Below the pieces are notes generated by a model. The model saw only the letters and a list, made by a program, of their open reading frames with translations. It ran no database searches and was not told where the DNA came from. DNA of 63,045 bases, filler included, from a bacterium (GTDB lineage: Bacteria > JACRDZ01 > JAQUKH01), in assembly GCA_028719205.1 (NCBI GenBank). It is 6 parts of 6 records of this genome, joined end to end, with 100 filler letters (N's around TTAATTAATTAA, not from the genome) between each part and the next. Parts side by side here need not be neighbours in the genome. Positions count along the whole stretch, not along the records: positions 37,537 to 48,159 come from JAQUKH010000053.1; positions 48,260 to 55,612 come from JAQUKH010000055.1; 4 more parts are not named here. The stretch is one strand, 5' to 3'. This document shows, piece after piece, positions 39,496 to 48,730 of this stretch (its first letter is position 1; every line of letters starts with the position of its first letter). Position numbers and translations under genes: made by a program.

Positions 39496-40220
39496 ATGAA
39501 ACCGGACCGGATTTTTGCGCAACCGCGGCAACAAGTGGAAGATTTTAAGTTTGACCGGAAAGTCGTTTCGGTGTTTCCGGATATGATCCGGCGTTCGATA
39601 CCCGGTTACGAAAACGTCATCGTTATGAGCGGGCTGTTCGCCGCGCGCTTCGCCCAACCGGACAGCAATATCTATGATTTGGGCTGTTCCCTGGGAGCGA
39701 CCACTCTGGCCATGCGGTCCCGCATTACCGCGTCGAAGGTTAAAATCATCGCCGTCGATAATTCTGCCGCTATGATCGCGCGCTGCCGGGAAATCATCGC
39801 TGCCGATGACCGGAAGATACCGGTGGAATTAGTGCTCGACGATATTCGTCATATCGATTTTCGGAAGAATTCCATGACGGTGCTGAATTATACCCTGCAA
39901 TTCCTTCCGCCGGCGGACCGGGAGCCGTTGCTTAAACGGATTTATGACAGCATGCTGCCGGGAGCACTGCTGCTGTTATCGGAAAAAGTTACGTTTCCGG
40001 AGCAACAAAACCGTGAATTGTTCATTGATATTTACCACGCTTGGAAAGCCCATAACGGTTATTCGGAAATGGAAATCAGACAAAAACGCAACGCACTTGA
40101 AAACGTTCTCATCCCGGATACCATCCCGGAGCATATCGCCCGGCTGGAAAGCATCGGCTTCAGGCGCTGCGAGTTATGGTTTCAGTGTTTCNNNNNNNNN
40201 NGCTGGCGGCGTTCAAATGA
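39496..40220 (+). CDS. cmoA: Carboxy-S-adenosyl-L-methionine synthase
   Basis: FKFD..V..VFPDMIRRSIPGY, YDLGCSLGA, NYTLQF, QKRNALENV, WFQCF. A 10-N gap breaks the frame; the true end is LAAFK-TGA at 40220, overlapping the cmoB ATG. Confidence 0.95.
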
Positions 40221-41197
40221 CTGTGATCGATTATTTGCCCTTCCGGGTTGCCGCAATGCAAACCAAACTTGCCCCGTGGGCGGAGTTATTTTACCGGCGA
40301 GTCCAGGAGGTTATCGCCGGCTGTAATCACGGCCATTGGGAAATGTGGCTGGAGGCACTGGCCGGTTTGCCGGAAATAACTTTGTCATCGATCGATATTA
40401 CCTGCGACACAATCCGCGCCGGGCGGCCGGAAGATTGCAGTAATGCCGACCGGGAGCGGCTTTACGCCTGCCTGCAGCAACTGCGCCCGTGGCGTAAAGG
40501 ACCGTTTGAAATCTGCGGCTTGAAAATCGATACCGAATGGCGTTCGGACTGGAAATGGAACCGGTTGAAAGACCATATCAGCCCTTTGCCGGGAAGGGTG
40601 GTGCTGGACATCGGCTGCGGCAGCGGTTATCATACCTGGCGAATGGCGGGAGCAGAAGCCGAACTGGCGGTGGGGATTGAGCCGTATAAGGTTTTCGTGA
40701 TGCAGTACTGGGCGTTGCGGCATTTCCTGAACAACGATTCCGTCTGGGTGTTGCCGCTTGGCATTGAAGATCTGCCGTCGGGAATGCGGGTTTTTGATAC
40801 GGTGTTTTCGATGGGAATATTATACCACCGCAAATCGCCGCTCGACCATCTCCTGCAAATCCGGGAACTGTTGCGTCCCGGCGGCGAACTGGTACTGGAA
40901 ACGCTGGTAATTGAAGGTAATAATGATGCGGCATTGACGCCCGAGGGACGTTACGCCAAAATGCGCAACGTGTGGTTTCTGCCGTCCTGTTCGGCACTGG
41001 AACTGTGGCTGGGAAAATGCGGCTATAAAAATATCCGGACGGTTGATGTGACCAGAACCACAACTGCGGAGCAGCGTACTACCGACTGGATGCGCTGGGA
41101 ATCACTGCAGGATTATCTCGATCCGGAAGACCCGGCTAAAACTATAGAAGGTTATCCGGCGCCGCTGCGGGCGATAACAATTGCCGCCGCTCCTTGA
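40217..41197 (+). CDS. cmoB: tRNA U34 carboxymethyltransferase
   Basis: PWRKGPF, IDTEWRSDWKW, LDIGCGSGYH, FSMGILYH, RYAKMRNVWF, TIEGYPAP; ATGA overlap with cmoA. Confidence 0.96.
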   Translation: MTVIDYLPFRVAAMQTKLAPWAELFYRRVQEVIAGCNHGHWEMWLEALAGLPEITLSSIDITCDTIRAGRPEDCSNADRERLYACLQQLRPWRKGPFEICGLKIDTEWRSDWKWNRLKDHISPLPGRVVLDIGCGSGYHTWRMAGAEAELAVGIEPYKVFVMQYWALRHFLNNDSVWVLPLGIEDLPSGMRVFDTVFSMGILYHRKSPLDHLLQIRELLRPGGELVLETLVIEGNNDAALTPEGRYAKMRNVWFLPSCSALELWLGKCGYKNIRTVDVTRTTTAEQRTTDWMRWESLQDYLDPEDPAKTIEGYPAPLRAITIAAAP

Positions 41198-41233
41198 AAT
41201 TTACTGAACATGAGCTATATTAAAAACTTTTCG

Positions 41234-41309
41234 GCCAATGTAGCTCAGTTGGTAGAGCAATTCACTCGTAATGAATAGGTCGGCGGTTCGAGTCCGCCCA
41301 TTGGCTCCA
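41234..41309 (+). tRNA. tRNA-Thr (anticodon CGT)
   Basis: 76 nt; acceptor stem GCCAATG/CATTGGC, anticodon arm ATTCA-CTCGTAA-TGAAT, T-loop TTCGAGT, encoded CCA. Confidence 0.97.
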
Positions 41310-41949
41310 GTTTTTACCTTGAAATACCCCTTGGTCTTTCAAAATTATCAATAGAATTGGCGAAATAAATTACTAATAAATTACTATTATTCTTGAGCTT
41401 GAGTAAGTTCAGGGTAAAACCTTACCGGGGGAACCCATATCGTACATTGAATCAATCTTGATGGCTATCTTTTTATTATACTGCGATTTTTTACTGAAAT
41501 ATAAAGTCATACTACATAATGATTATTGATAAATAATATTCAAAACAGAAATCAATAGTAAATATTCAATTACATAATACCGTCTGAATCGTTTTCTATA
41601 GTCAAAATAAAGCCTCTGAATGCGATTGTTTGTCTCATCGGGTGATTAATCCCAAAACAATTAAAACGATTTTTTTCCAATAAAAATCATATTAAAAAAT
41701 ACTTGGCTTCAAAACAATCTAAAACCCTATTTCAAAGCCCTGTTGTATGCTTTTCGTTTGCTGTTGCCTTTTATTGTCCTTGATGGCTTCATAAAAAACC
41801 ATTTTTGACATGATAAAGTGATTATTATAAACAATTTGCATTGATTTGTCAGAGAATATGTAAAAAAACAGAATATATGGTAAGTAAAATTATATCTTTG
41901 AACTCATAAATTAGGAAAATATGCTACTTATATAGATGCAGAGGAAATA

Positions 41950-42285
41950 TTACTTTTTAGTTAAATCATTTTTATCTACTGCATGGCTGAATCTTGAAGC
42001 GATATATAGAATTATATCCATTTGCTCGTCTGGATTAAGCCTATTTAGCAGTTTATTGATAGTTGCAAGATGCCCTTTCTGTTTGCATGTGCCAAAAAAA
42101 TCAATCTGCATATCTGGAAATAATTTAAGCCATGTTCCAGTTGTAACATTTTCTATTGAATTTTTTCTATTTTTGATTCTGTTGATCATTGGCTGTTTAA
42201 GCCCTGACATATTAGCCAGCTTATCTTCAGAACCATATATCCTGATAGCTTCATTTATTGCATCTATAAAATCTTTATCTTTCAT
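41950..42285 (-). CDS. XRE/cI-like helix-turn-helix regulator
   Basis: 'GSEDKLANMSGLKQPMINRIKNRKNSIENVT' HTH pattern; divergent from the island operon. Confidence 0.75.
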   Translation of the reverse strand: MKDKDFIDAINEAIRIYGSEDKLANMSGLKQPMINRIKNRKNSIENVTTGTWLKLFPDMQIDFFGTCKQKGHLATINKLLNRLNPDEQMDIILYIASRFSHAVDKNDLTKK

Positions 42286-42377
42286 GTAAAACCAATGTCG
42301 TTGAATAACTTTTTTAACTATAAAAGCATAGATTATTAAAGAAAAACAAAGATAATAGCTAAAAAATCCTTGAAATC

Positions 42378-42414
42378 ATAACTATTTAGTTATATTTTAA
42401 AACCAAATAGTTAT
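42378..42414. promoter_or_regulatory. Tandem palindromic operators
   Basis: ATAACTA-TT-TAGTTAT (42378-93) and AAAACCA-AA-TAGTTAT (42399-414), downstream of TTGAAA(42370). Confidence 0.55.
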
Positions 42415-42502
42415 AATAAATATGGGAGGTGGATATAGAAAACATTTGATTAATTGTAATTGTATTTTTCATAAAATTATGTTATCCTATGGGAGGAGTA
42501 AG

Positions 42503-43084
42503 ATGAAAGTAACATCAGTATTTGTAATCGCAGTATTTTGTTTTGGTCTTTACGGAGCTGAATCCAAAGAACAACAACTCAATAAACAGATCGCAGTTCT
42601 CGAAAGTAAATTTTTTGCCTTAGAAACAGAAATTAAAAATCTTAAAGAAGATGTAGAAAATAGAGATAAAACTATTAAAAGTTTACAGGAGAAAATAAAA
42701 TTTCTTAATCTGCAAATCAATGCAAAGAAATCTCCTGCTGAATTATTAAGGGAAAAACAATTAGCTGAACAGGCAAGACAAGCTAAAAGAAAAAATAATA
42801 AACTTCTTTATCAATATAATTATGAATTGAAAAATTTACAGCAGGAATTAGCTAAATATAATAATGAAAGAAAAGATTTATCCAGACAATATAAATTAGC
42901 AGAAAAAGGCGTAAAAGATGCTAATTATACCATCAATAGAGACAGACGGGTAAAAGCTGTAATGAATGCTGAATATAAAAGAGATGATATTCAAAAGAAA
43001 CTAATATATAATAAACAAAAAATTGATAGTATTAATAGCCAAATAAAATGGAAAGTTGAACAAATAAAAAGACTGAATTATTGA
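42503..43084 (+). CDS. Secreted coiled-coil protein, function unknown
   Basis: GGAGGAG RBS before MKVTSVFVIAVFCFGLYG signal peptide; heptad-rich. Confidence 0.7.
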   Translation: MKVTSVFVIAVFCFGLYGAESKEQQLNKQIAVLESKFFALETEIKNLKEDVENRDKTIKSLQEKIKFLNLQINAKKSPAELLREKQLAEQARQAKRKNNKLLYQYNYELKNLQQELAKYNNERKDLSRQYKLAEKGVKDANYTINRDRRVKAVMNAEYKRDDIQKKLIYNKQKIDSINSQIKWKVEQIKRLNY

Positions 43085-43087
43085 ATA

Positions 43088-44500
43088 ATGGGAAAAATGA
43101 ATAAATATTTAAAGATAATAGTATTACTTTTTGCCTTATCTGTCAATTTATATGCCAGTAAACTTATTACGCTGGAACAATATATAAAAGACTATCCCGA
43201 TTTTGACAATAAGCTAGCCGCAACTGAAGCAGAAAAAGATTACAAAGCAAAAAATTATAAGCTCATAGAAGTTAATGAAACTGTAGAAATCACATCAAAA
43301 CTTGGACATACTTATAAAGGAAAATACTATGGGAAAAATGCGGGGGGAAACCCAAAGATAGGAAGATATTCAATCCAATGGTTTGATATACCGGATGATA
43401 AAAAATATTTATTTTCAAAAGCATATCTCGAAAGAAAGCATAAACTTTGTGTCCAAGAATACATCACAAAGAAAAAAAGAGAATACTTAGGGAAAAGAAC
43501 GTATGATATAAGCCAGTATAGAAAAAAATTATTATCTTCAAATAATAATATTTTAACATCAGAAGGGAATATCATTTACAATATAAAAATAAGAGAAAAA
43601 AATGAATGGGAAGTAACTTTTTCTAGTGATGGGAAAGATTATACGTTCCCATATAATAAGCTTCCGGCAAAAGAAAGTGAAAAATTTAAATCAGGCGTGG
43701 ATGTTACTACGTTATCAGGGCAAACCTATAAAAATATAAAAATGATTTCAAAAAATCCTGTTCAAATTTGTTTTTATGATGAAAATGGATATAAGAAAAA
43801 AGAAGAATTTAAAAATTTATCCGATTCAACAAAAGCTTATTTTGAATATTCTCCTGAAGAAGCTAAACAATACATACAAAATTTAGAAAAAGAAAAAAAA
43901 CAAAAAGAACTTGCAAAAGCTAAAAAAGATTTTTGCGAAAAATATGAAATGCCTTTTTATGGCAATATAACTCAAGTGGTAAAAAACGGAGAAGCACTTG
44001 TCCTTCTAAAATTCCCTTTAGACGAAATAAAACAATATGATATGGATAAGGGCTTAATAGAAGTATTAAAAGTATTTCCTCAATACAAATCCGAATTACT
44101 TAGGAAATATAAAGAATGTGAAATAATTGCAAAAAAAAGAGGACGGAAAATACGGATGGCATCAGTAGTAGATTCAAATGGAAAACTTATACGTGGTGAG
44201 CGCGAAGAGTGGTGGCAACCGAGCAGTGCTCATTGGAAACTTAAGGTATATAATGCATTTTATAAAAAAATGTGGCAAAAATACGAAAAATTCTTCAAAC
44301 ACCCTATAGGCTCTGATTTGTATATATATGTTGTTGGTTTGCCAGAAAATTTTGTTGATGGAACCCACTGGCACGGGAAATTATATGAGATAGGGATTAT
44401 CAGATACCGCTCAACAAGGGGAGGTATAAGAACAGTTAGGCGTTTTACTACTTCATACGATAAGGCTGTGGAATATCATAAAAAAAACAATAACTTATAA
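43088..44500 (+). CDS. Secreted hypothetical protein with repeated small beta domains
   Basis: Signal peptide; two to three units of the type 'T.SG.TYKNIK...F.NL...K..F'; C-terminal 'G.IRYRSTRGGIRTVRRF'. Confidence 0.7.
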   Translation: MGKMNKYLKIIVLLFALSVNLYASKLITLEQYIKDYPDFDNKLAATEAEKDYKAKNYKLIEVNETVEITSKLGHTYKGKYYGKNAGGNPKIGRYSIQWFDIPDDKKYLFSKAYLERKHKLCVQEYITKKKREYLGKRTYDISQYRKKLLSSNNNILTSEGNIIYNIKIREKNEWEVTFSSDGKDYTFPYNKLPAKESEKFKSGVDVTTLSGQTYKNIKMISKNPVQICFYDENGYKKKEEFKNLSDSTKAYFEYSPEEAKQYIQNLEKEKKQKELAKAKKDFCEKYEMPFYGNITQVVKNGEALVLLKFPLDEIKQYDMDKGLIEVLKVFPQYKSELLRKYKECEIIAKKRGRKIRMASVVDSNGKLIRGEREEWWQPSSAHWKLKVYNAFYKKMWQKYEKFFKHPIGSDLYIYVVGLPENFVDGTHWHGKLYEIGIIRYRSTRGGIRTVRRFTTSYDKAVEYHKKNNNL

Positions 44501-44643
44501 AATCCCAATGATCAATAAAATTAAAGGATTTAAGGCCTTTAAAATGTTTTTGGGTATAATCTATCCAGATACTGTATAATCGCTTAATTCCGTTAATATA
44601 TCGTTATTAAATCATAGCTAAAATATATAAGAGGGAAGTGTAA

Positions 44644-46249
44644 ATGAAAGTATATTGTTCACATTGCAATCAAGCCTATGAAGCAGAAGATGAACATATA
44701 GGTACAACGATTAATTGTCAGTCTTGTAATAATGACTTTCTTGTCATTTCCCCGAATAATCAGCACGAAGAATACGTTGCCTCAATTGTCAATCAAGAAG
44801 AGACAAAAAAAAGAATTATAAAAAGGAAACCCATCCTGCTTATAGTAGGCTCCTTAATTTTCATTATTATAGCATTGCTTTTATTTATATTAAATAATAA
44901 TCATAAATCTAAAAAACAAAGTTGTAAAGTTACAAATAAAAATGTTAGCAATACAGAAAAAACAATAGTTTCTGCAAAAACTAAACAGACAAATAACAAG
45001 AAGGACTTAATGAAATTAGAAAGCCAAGCTAAAACTTCATCAAACTGGATAGCTTGTGCGGAAGGTTGGAAATCAATAAATGATGATAAGAAAGCCAAAG
45101 AATGCATGTTAAAAGCGGAAAGTGTTGCTGATAGTTCTAGTGATTGGATTAGCTGTGCCAAAGAGTGGAAGAAATTAAATGATGATAAGAAAGCCAAAGA
45201 ATGCATGTTAAAAGCGGAAAGTGTTGCTAATAGTTCTAGTGATTGGACTATTTGTGCGGAAGGTTGGAAATCAATAAATGATGATAAGAAAGCCAAAGAA
45301 TGCATGTTAAAAGCGGAAAGTGTTGCTGATAGTTCTAGTGATTGGATTAGCTGTGCCAAAGAGTGGAAGAAATTAAATNNNNNNNNNNNNNNNNNNNNNN
45401 NNNNNNNNNNNNNNNNNNNNNNNNNNNNNNNNNNNNNNNNNNNNNNNNNNNNNNNNNNNNNNNNNNNNNNNNNNNNNNGATGATAAGAAAGCTAAAGAAT
45501 GCATGTTAAAAGCGGAAAGGTTCGCTGAAGATTCTTATGACTGGATTAGCTGTGCAGAAGCCAGGATAGAATTATTTAATGACAAGATAAAGGGACAAGA
45601 ATGTTTATTAAAGGCAGAAGAACGTGTCAATAGTTCAGTTATGGCTATAGGTTGTGCGGAAGGTTGGAAATCAATAAATGATGATAAGAAAGCCAAAGAA
45701 TGCATGTTAAAAGCGGAAAAACTTGCTAAAAACTTATATGATAGGGATTCTTGCGTAGAAGCCTGGCTTGAGATGTTTAATATTAAAAAAGAAATTATAG
45801 ATACAAATAATCCTATAAGTAAGGCTTTTGGCTATAGATTAGGACAAAAGTTTGAAATCATCCCGACAACCGAAAATGAGAAAATGCAGGATGGAACTCC
45901 TTGTTATCAAATCAAACCTACAAAAACTTTCCGGAAATTCAATGATTATTATGTTTTAATAACTCCTAAAACTCATTTGATTTATTCAATACAAGCACGT
46001 TTTTTTAGATTGGATGGGGGAGCATCCAAAGAAAAGGCTGTAGTTTTTGAATTGCTTAAAGATAAATATGGATATGAAAATGTTGTAGATAATGATTCAA
46101 TAAAAATTAGGAATCGAGGTATAATGCTTTTTACTACAGCATCTGATACTGGCCTCTATATTGTTTATGCGGATAAAATTTTACATGAACAGGCTAAAAA
46201 TGAGTGCATCTCTATTGAAAAAAGCAAAACTGATTCTAGTGATTTATAA
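44644..46249 (+). CDS. Zinc-ribbon + TM + 33-aa helical (TPR-like) repeat protein spanning a scaffold gap
   Basis: CSHC...CQSC, one TM, repeats DDKKAKECMLKAESVADSSSDWISCAKEWKKLN on both sides of the 100-N gap. The two track ORFs are probably one gene. Confidence 0.78.
45040..45780 (+). repeat. 99-bp coding tandem repeat with a 198-bp higher-order unit
   Basis: gatgataagaaagccaaagaatgcatgttaaaagcggaa recurs at 45082, 45181, 45280, 45479 (one substitution) and 45680. Units 1 and 3 are identical. Confidence 0.92.
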
Positions 46250-46274
46250 TAAACGATAAATAAAGGTTTATCTT

Positions 46275-46739
46275 ATGGGATTTTTTTCATCGTTATTTGG
46301 ATTATCAAACACTAGGCGACCATCATTCAAAAAAATGTATGGACTAGATATTGAACAAGATATTTTCTCGTTTGAGAAAAAAATGGCATCAGGAATGTTT
46401 AATGAAGGTAAAGAAGTACATGTTACTGCTTTTATCAGAAAATCTCAAGTAATAAAGGTATATGCAACTATAGGAACTACATATAGTTGTCGTTCTTCCA
46501 GTAACTTTGGTATGTGGGGAATAAAAGCAGTAGGGCTCAAAGCAACACATATACATAGTTATCATAACCATCCTAATACTTTTGGAAAATCACGTGCATC
46601 GCCAAAGGATAAACGTAGCCATAAAGCGGTTGAAACCTACCTGGAACAATGGGATATTGAGTATAAATCTTTTTTGGTATATCAAGGATGGTTAGGTAAT
46701 ACCGTAATAAGCCCATACAGTGGAAGTATATGGTCATAG
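46275..46739 (+). CDS. JAB/MPN (RadC-like) domain protein
   Basis: JAMM motif: E in 'KEVHVTAF' and 'HNHPN....RASPKD' (HxH...S..D). Confidence 0.75.
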   Translation: MGFFSSLFGLSNTRRPSFKKMYGLDIEQDIFSFEKKMASGMFNEGKEVHVTAFIRKSQVIKVYATIGTTYSCRSSSNFGMWGIKAVGLKATHIHSYHNHPNTFGKSRASPKDKRSHKAVETYLEQWDIEYKSFLVYQGWLGNTVISPYSGSIWS

Positions 46740-47987
46740 TTTTTCTTTTATACCGCAAGTAAAGCCGTTATTGTATTTTTTATAAACATCATGCATCACT
46801 TGCCGGAGCTCATCCTTGTACTGTTTTTCGACAATATAAGAATCGTGAACCGGTAGACAAGCAATCCCTTTTCTAGCAAAATGTGAAACAATTTTTAGCG
46901 ACATTTTGCCGTCTTTATTCTGCAAAAATATTCCTTCCCCTGAAAAGAAATATTTTTCGATTTCCCTATGAGTTTCTTTTGCCGTTATATATGCTTGGGT
47001 TCTCTTTTTGCTTTTGTAAACTTTTTTAATGTGTCTTTCATTGGAATTTATGATTATTAAAATAAATTTCTTGGCATATTTGCGCTTACTTTTAGTACTT
47101 CCTAAAAATGAATAAGGGTCATCGTTTGAGGAATATTGTATTCCCTCTTGCGCATATAACATATTCACATGTAAACCTGTGTAGTCCAACTCAACAGTTT
47201 CATTATTATTGATTTTAATGGTTTTTCTCTTTTCATAGCCTGTTTTATTTTTAACTCTCTGATAACTGTACGGCAGAGGAGTTTTATCATACAACCGCCC
47301 CCCTTGTTTCCAGCTATTATTACAAAAGATAGCAGACAAATTGGGTTTAAGCTGTACGGTCTGTTTATCCTCTAAAGTAATGAAAATTTGATTTTGCTTA
47401 AAAACCTTGTTAATCTTATTTATTTTTTCTCTTAGTAAAGGTGGAGTACGTTTACCAGTCAAATCAACTTCGTTTTTAGCTTCATCTCTTAATATAATAG
47501 GTGGGATATAGCTATATTTTAAAGAAATATTATCCGTATTATCAGGTGTGAAATATTTAGATAATTTCTCGGTTGCCCAATATCTAGAAACGTAACATTC
47601 TTTTTTGTTTTGATGACTATAGAACCCTTTTTTATAGTCTATATAGCCAGCATTATACAATACATCTAATAACTTTATAAATTTATTAAATTTTATATAT
47701 TTATACTTAGCTGTTGAATAGGTATTTTTATCTCTGGGTATAACAACAGATTTATCATATTTATAACCCCAAATAAGATTACATACTATCTGCTTTAAAT
47801 AATCTATGTAAGTTGATCTAACTTTATCAGATTTAACATTTAAATCTAAACTATCAATAATTTCAGGACATAATTTTTTTAATAAAGAATTACCCCTATA
47901 ACTATAAAACATGAAAAAAAGACTATTATCTAAACTATTATTATTATTATTATTAATATTATACATATTATTATCCTCACCTATCAC
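46734..47987 (-). CDS. Small superfamily-A polymerase-like protein (TV-Pol / T7-RNAP-related)
   Basis: GGRLY (T7 DxxGR-like), motif A VELDYTGLHVNMLY, motif B RKYAK, motif C LPVHDSYIV. Start uncertain because of a low-complexity AAT run. Confidence 0.75.
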   Translation of the reverse strand: MIGEDNNMYNINNNNNNSLDNSLFFMFYSYRGNSLLKKLCPEIIDSLDLNVKSDKVRSTYIDYLKQIVCNLIWGYKYDKSVVIPRDKNTYSTAKYKYIKFNKFIKLLDVLYNAGYIDYKKGFYSHQNKKECYVSRYWATEKLSKYFTPDNTDNISLKYSYIPPIILRDEAKNEVDLTGKRTPPLLREKINKINKVFKQNQIFITLEDKQTVQLKPNLSAIFCNNSWKQGGRLYDKTPLPYSYQRVKNKTGYEKRKTIKINNNETVELDYTGLHVNMLYAQEGIQYSSNDDPYSFLGSTKSKRKYAKKFILIIINSNERHIKKVYKSKKRTQAYITAKETHREIEKYFFSGEGIFLQNKDGKMSLKIVSHFARKGIACLPVHDSYIVEKQYKDELRQVMHDVYKKYNNGFTCGIKEKL

Positions 47988-48159
47988 TACTCATACATTT
48001 ATTAGTGTTTTTTGTGTTATATATTTTTGAATATAATATTTTTACAAATATTGATAACCAAAAAGAGCTTGATGTTTTTAAAGCACGATTTTTCATACAT
48101 CATACCATCATTAATTTATTGATTTCTGCTTCTGGGAAGCGTAAAGATTTTTTCCCCCC

Positions 48160-48259
48160 NNNNNNNNNNNNNNNNNNNNNNNNNNNNNNNNNNNNNNNNN
48201 NNNTTAATTAATTAANNNNNNNNNNNNNNNNNNNNNNNNNNNNNNNNNNNNNNNNNNNN
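48160..48259. other. Artificial contig-joining spacer
   Basis: N run with TTAATTAATTAA. Confidence 0.98.
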
Positions 48260-48719
48260 TGATCCTGCTACGTTTCAACGGGTGACTTCCCATGCCTAAT
48301 ATTTCACGAACCGATTCATTTACCTCTACGGCAGGAACAGCGCTTCCCATTTTTTTTGCCTCGTCAAAACAATGTTCAATAAATTTCTTACTTGCCAGCG
48401 GGCGAACACTATCGTGAACAGCGATCCATTCAGAGTCCTGTATGAGATCCAGACCGTTCTTCACCGAATGATAACGGGTCTCCCCTCCCTCAGTAACCAA
48501 ATGTTCCACGTGAAAACAATATTTTTTACATAATAATTGCCAAGTTGTTATATGTTCTTTTGGCAGCACAACGATTATCTTTATATGGGAATCTAATTCC
48601 AGGAATGGTTGAATAGAATGAAAAATTATTGGCTTGCCATTTAAAAGCAGAAATTGTTTGGGCACAGTGTTACCCATTCTTTGTCCAAGACCTCCCGCAA
48701 CAATGATTACCGTATTCAA
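48260..48719 (-). CDS. ispD: 2-C-methyl-D-erythritol 4-phosphate cytidylyltransferase (partial)
   Basis: IIVAGGLGQRMG...PKQFL, GGETRYHSVKNGL, HDSVRP. Confidence 0.93.
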
Positions 48720-48730
48720 TTGATGATTGT

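Larger units (their letters stand above)
41310..48159. mobile_element. AT-rich integrated element (prophage/satellite/island) at the 3' end of tRNA-Thr; incomplete
   Basis: Abrupt shift from GC-balanced cmoAB to very AT-rich DNA after the tRNA. Direct repeat AAATTACTA x2 (about 41368-41387) resembles integrase arm sites. Contains HTH repressor, JAB and polymerase-like genes. No integrase in view. Confidence 0.7.

Noticed and set aside
39496-41309. cmoAB dedicated to the adjacent tRNA
   Set aside because: cmo5U needs U34; this tRNA-Thr has C34.
44922-44931. 10-nt complement (TTGTAAAGTT) of the putative tracrRNA leader inside the island
   Set aside because: A short AT-rich match in mid-gene is plausible by chance, and the PAM is unknown.
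45040-45780. CRISPR array near cas9
   Set aside because: The repeats are in-frame 99-bp coding units without unique spacers. No array was seen anywhere in the window.
43088-46739. Integron cassette array
   Set aside because: No RYYYAAC...GTTRRRY attC structures found between the genes, and no integron integrase.
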